From Atractiella rhizophila (lineage: Eukaryota), in contig MU271498.1 in the NCBI GenBank assembly GCA_021432655.1, forward strand, positions 1-52,612: a stretch of 52,612 nt of DNA, in the 5' to 3' direction. Positions 50,111 to 52,612 of the stretch are shown piece by piece; position 1 is the stretch's first letter; each line of letters starts with the position of its first letter. The notes beneath the pieces were generated by a model. That model had not been told where the DNA came from. It did no database searches and worked only from the letters and a program-made list of their open reading frames with translations. Both the position numbers and the translations under genes were made by a program.

Positions 50111-50731
50111 CTATCGTTTTTCTTCCTCTTCCAAAACTACGTCGCAAACATCTTAACTGCTCTTCTCCATTGACACCATAAGGAAAGACTCACGAGCGGT
50201 GAACCTCCTCACTGCCTCAGCTTCATCTAGCTCTTCCTCCTCCTTATCAACTGGAATTCCACTCCTCCCAACCAGAGCTTCCCACCAGCTCGTTGGCCGA
50301 TCCGCACTTCCCAACTTAAACAATGCTCCTCCGACAGTATCTCTCTTCTCCGACAAGTCCACTGCACGCAGCCGCCGCTCAACCTCCTCTGGCTCCATAG
50401 AACCGCTCTTAAAGGCATCCAGGAGGTCTTGGAGCGTCGAAACCTGAGCGCGATGGCGCTGCAGAGCATCCTCCCGTTCTTGCTCTTTTGCTGTCAGTTC
50501 TACGACGAGACCAGTGATCGTCGAGACAAGGATGATTGCTACAAAAGACGGGAAGTTCCATACAGGCTGATACCATGGCCGACGAGGTGGTGGTGGAGCT
50601 GTTGAGTAGCGTAGTCTTGAGGAGGGAAGTTGGACAAAGCGTTGTTTCGGTGCCCGTCGTGATTCCAGAGCAGTTCGCGAGATAAGAGAGCGAGTTGGTG
50701 AGTTGGCGTGGGGTAGGCGGAAATGAGGCAT
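50111..50731 (-). CDS. Hypothetical mitochondrial single-pass membrane protein
   Basis: Arg-rich presequence ending RYST, one TM (FVAIILVSTITGLVV), coiled-coil-like acidic tail; intron gtgagt near 50193, then EEKR*. Confidence 0.75.
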
Positions 50732-51299
50732 ATCCTAAGTAGCTAGCTCAGTGTACACCGTAGCACCTGGTTTGCACTCAAAGTGGAGAGCAGTTACAAC
50801 AAAATAAACTTCGGAGGTTTGTTCGTTACATTCTGCTAAAAAAAGTCGACACGACAAGACAGGACGAGACATTCAGTTTCAACGTCTGGGATCCCAGTCA
50901 CCTCCAATACGCAATTTCGACAAGTAAGCGTAGCAGTCATGAACACGTTGGTTGGAAGGTTGGCCATAAATGTGACGCGTAGGAGTGCCACACATAGCGC
51001 ACCTTTTTCTGCTGTGGGATGCCACTCGCTGCAGAGTGTCAAATGTCAGGTAAGTCTCACAGTCTTCTTCTTCTGAGAATCTCCTTGAAAATTCCTATGC
51101 TACAATCTATTTTGAGGCAGAAGATACATTTTAAACATGCCTACCGCTTGTTTTCATTGGCATTACCTCAGTTCTATGCCCGCGTTGCAGTCGCTTTACT
51201 TTTGTTTTATGTCATCATAGAGAATTTCTACATCCTCGATTGACCCATCTGTGCTCAAGCGGAGCATGCGGATTGAGCTCTTCTTCTTCTTGAGTGCCT

Positions 51300-52154
51300 A
51301 TGACAGGTCTCGTTAGTTCCTTTGCCTGTGTAGTGACAGTCCTGTACGTCTTCCCAGCGCTAACAACTACTTTTTCCATCCAGCGTCCAGTACGGACTTC
51401 AGGTGTTGGCCGAAGAAGCTCAATTCAAAGCCATCTTGGAATCCTCGGCTGTCGAAGATCATCTTCCTTCGCTCCCATCTCTCCCGAAGCTCAGGATAAC
51501 GGTCCTACCATTCCTAAACAGCCAACCTTCGTGGTATTGGAGGAAGCCGACCTATCCGATAGCATAAAGGAAGTTTCTGAGGTTTCCAGCACCGACCCAG
51601 AGCCAAGCGAATCAAGTTCATCCTCCTCTACCCCCACACCATGGTTCGTGGATACCTCATACCTACCTTCCTCCTCTCTCGCATCAAAGTCAATTCCAAC
51701 ACCACCCATCGCACTGCCTTCCAACCTCGAACCATTACACGACCAACTCTGCCGTTCCGCTTTCCTCGATTCTGAAAGTGTCGCTTTCACGAAGAAAGAT
51801 GGGGAGTGGCGTGCTATTGCCTGCATGAAAGAAGGGAGGGAAGGAGGGGTGAGAGCTGCAATCGGAGAAACAGCTGCTTGGGTGCGCTTTGTCTCTATCA
51901 AAAGCTCGAGGTGGCTTGTTAATGCTGAGAGGTAGATGCGCAAAAATCCTGAAGCTCCATACTCGAGGAACTTGCGAATCTCTGGTCTCGCTTCCCGGCG
52001 TGGAAGTGGTTCGACAGACTGGGCCATAATCGACACTGGTTACATGACCGTGCACATCATGACCGTCCGAGCTAGGATGTACTATGACCTTGACGGTTGG
52101 TCAGAACGCGCCACCGAAGAGGAGCGATTGGCATGGGACATTGATTATCAGTAG
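51300..52154 (+). CDS. RsfS/Iojap (MALSU1 / ATP25 N-domain-like) mitochondrial ribosome silencing-factor family protein
   Basis: C-terminal DWAIIDTGYMTVHIMTVRARMYYDLDGW matches the RsfS signature; PWFVD motif; intron ~51882-51935; start uncertain. Confidence 0.8.
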
Positions 52155-52311
52155 AGGTGTTTACAATTTTACTCTATGATATGGACATTCCACTGTGTAT
52201 AGATACCAGCATAAACATCTTTTAATCCCACAAAACAAACATCCGTTCACTGATTTTGTCCCCTTTTTCAAAGTTTACTTCCGATACCCTTGGAATGTAT
52301 ACACCAGAAGT

Positions 52312-52612
52312 CTACTCTGCCAAACCCAAGACTAAAGCAACTCGACACGGAACGTATACCTACGTCAGCTTCAGTTTCACTTCACGTGCAAGCCACCAGA
52401 CAACAAAGACGAACCCTCAAGCTGTTCTTCCTATCGTTCCAGGGTTCAGGGTTTGTGAAATACTCCCCATCCATCTTAATCCTGTCATGACCTCCGAACG
52501 CACGCTCGTCAGAGCAAAGCACAATCTTGAACTTTCCGGCCATCTCCACTCCTAGCTTGTAATCCACGAAGGACTGATATGGGTGGAAGTTGAAGATGAA
52601 CAGCAAGTTAGC
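52312..52612 (-). CDS. GLC3: 1,4-alpha-glucan (glycogen) branching enzyme, 3' end
   Basis: [32 protein letters not shown]...FGGHDRI...[29 protein letters not shown]. Confidence 0.93.

Overview
Intron-rich fungal genomic DNA, most likely basidiomycete (GT..AG introns of about 50-70 nt, DUF6533-type genes), with two N gaps. Recognisable genes, left to right: class I terpene synthase (runs off the left edge), SPT10/MPR1-like GNAT acetyltransferase, mitochondrial ribosomal uS2m, a large low-complexity protein with a possible PHD-like Cys/His motif, succinate/fumarate carrier (SFC1), a secreted GPI-like alpha/beta hydrolase, three paralogous DUF6533-type membrane protein genes, a nucleotide-sugar transporter, two near-identical KEX1 copies, orphan genes, an SDR, an RsfS/ATP25-N-like protein and the 3' end of glycogen branching enzyme. 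The most striking structure is at 25704-36288. Apart from an embedded, N-flanked KEX1 duplicate, this block is a MIRROR copy (reversed but not complemented) of about 21244-25703 plus 36289-~38300. It also holds, in mirrored form only, the 303 bp (intron remainder plus most of an exon) missing from the third DUF6533 gene. No known templated synthesis makes such a copy, so it is most plausibly a gap-filling/assembly artefact. It still reconstructs a broken gene and shows a strongly diverged second version of the 37.2-38.3 kb locus. All alignments were done by eye. I found no new biological system that I can support with confidence.
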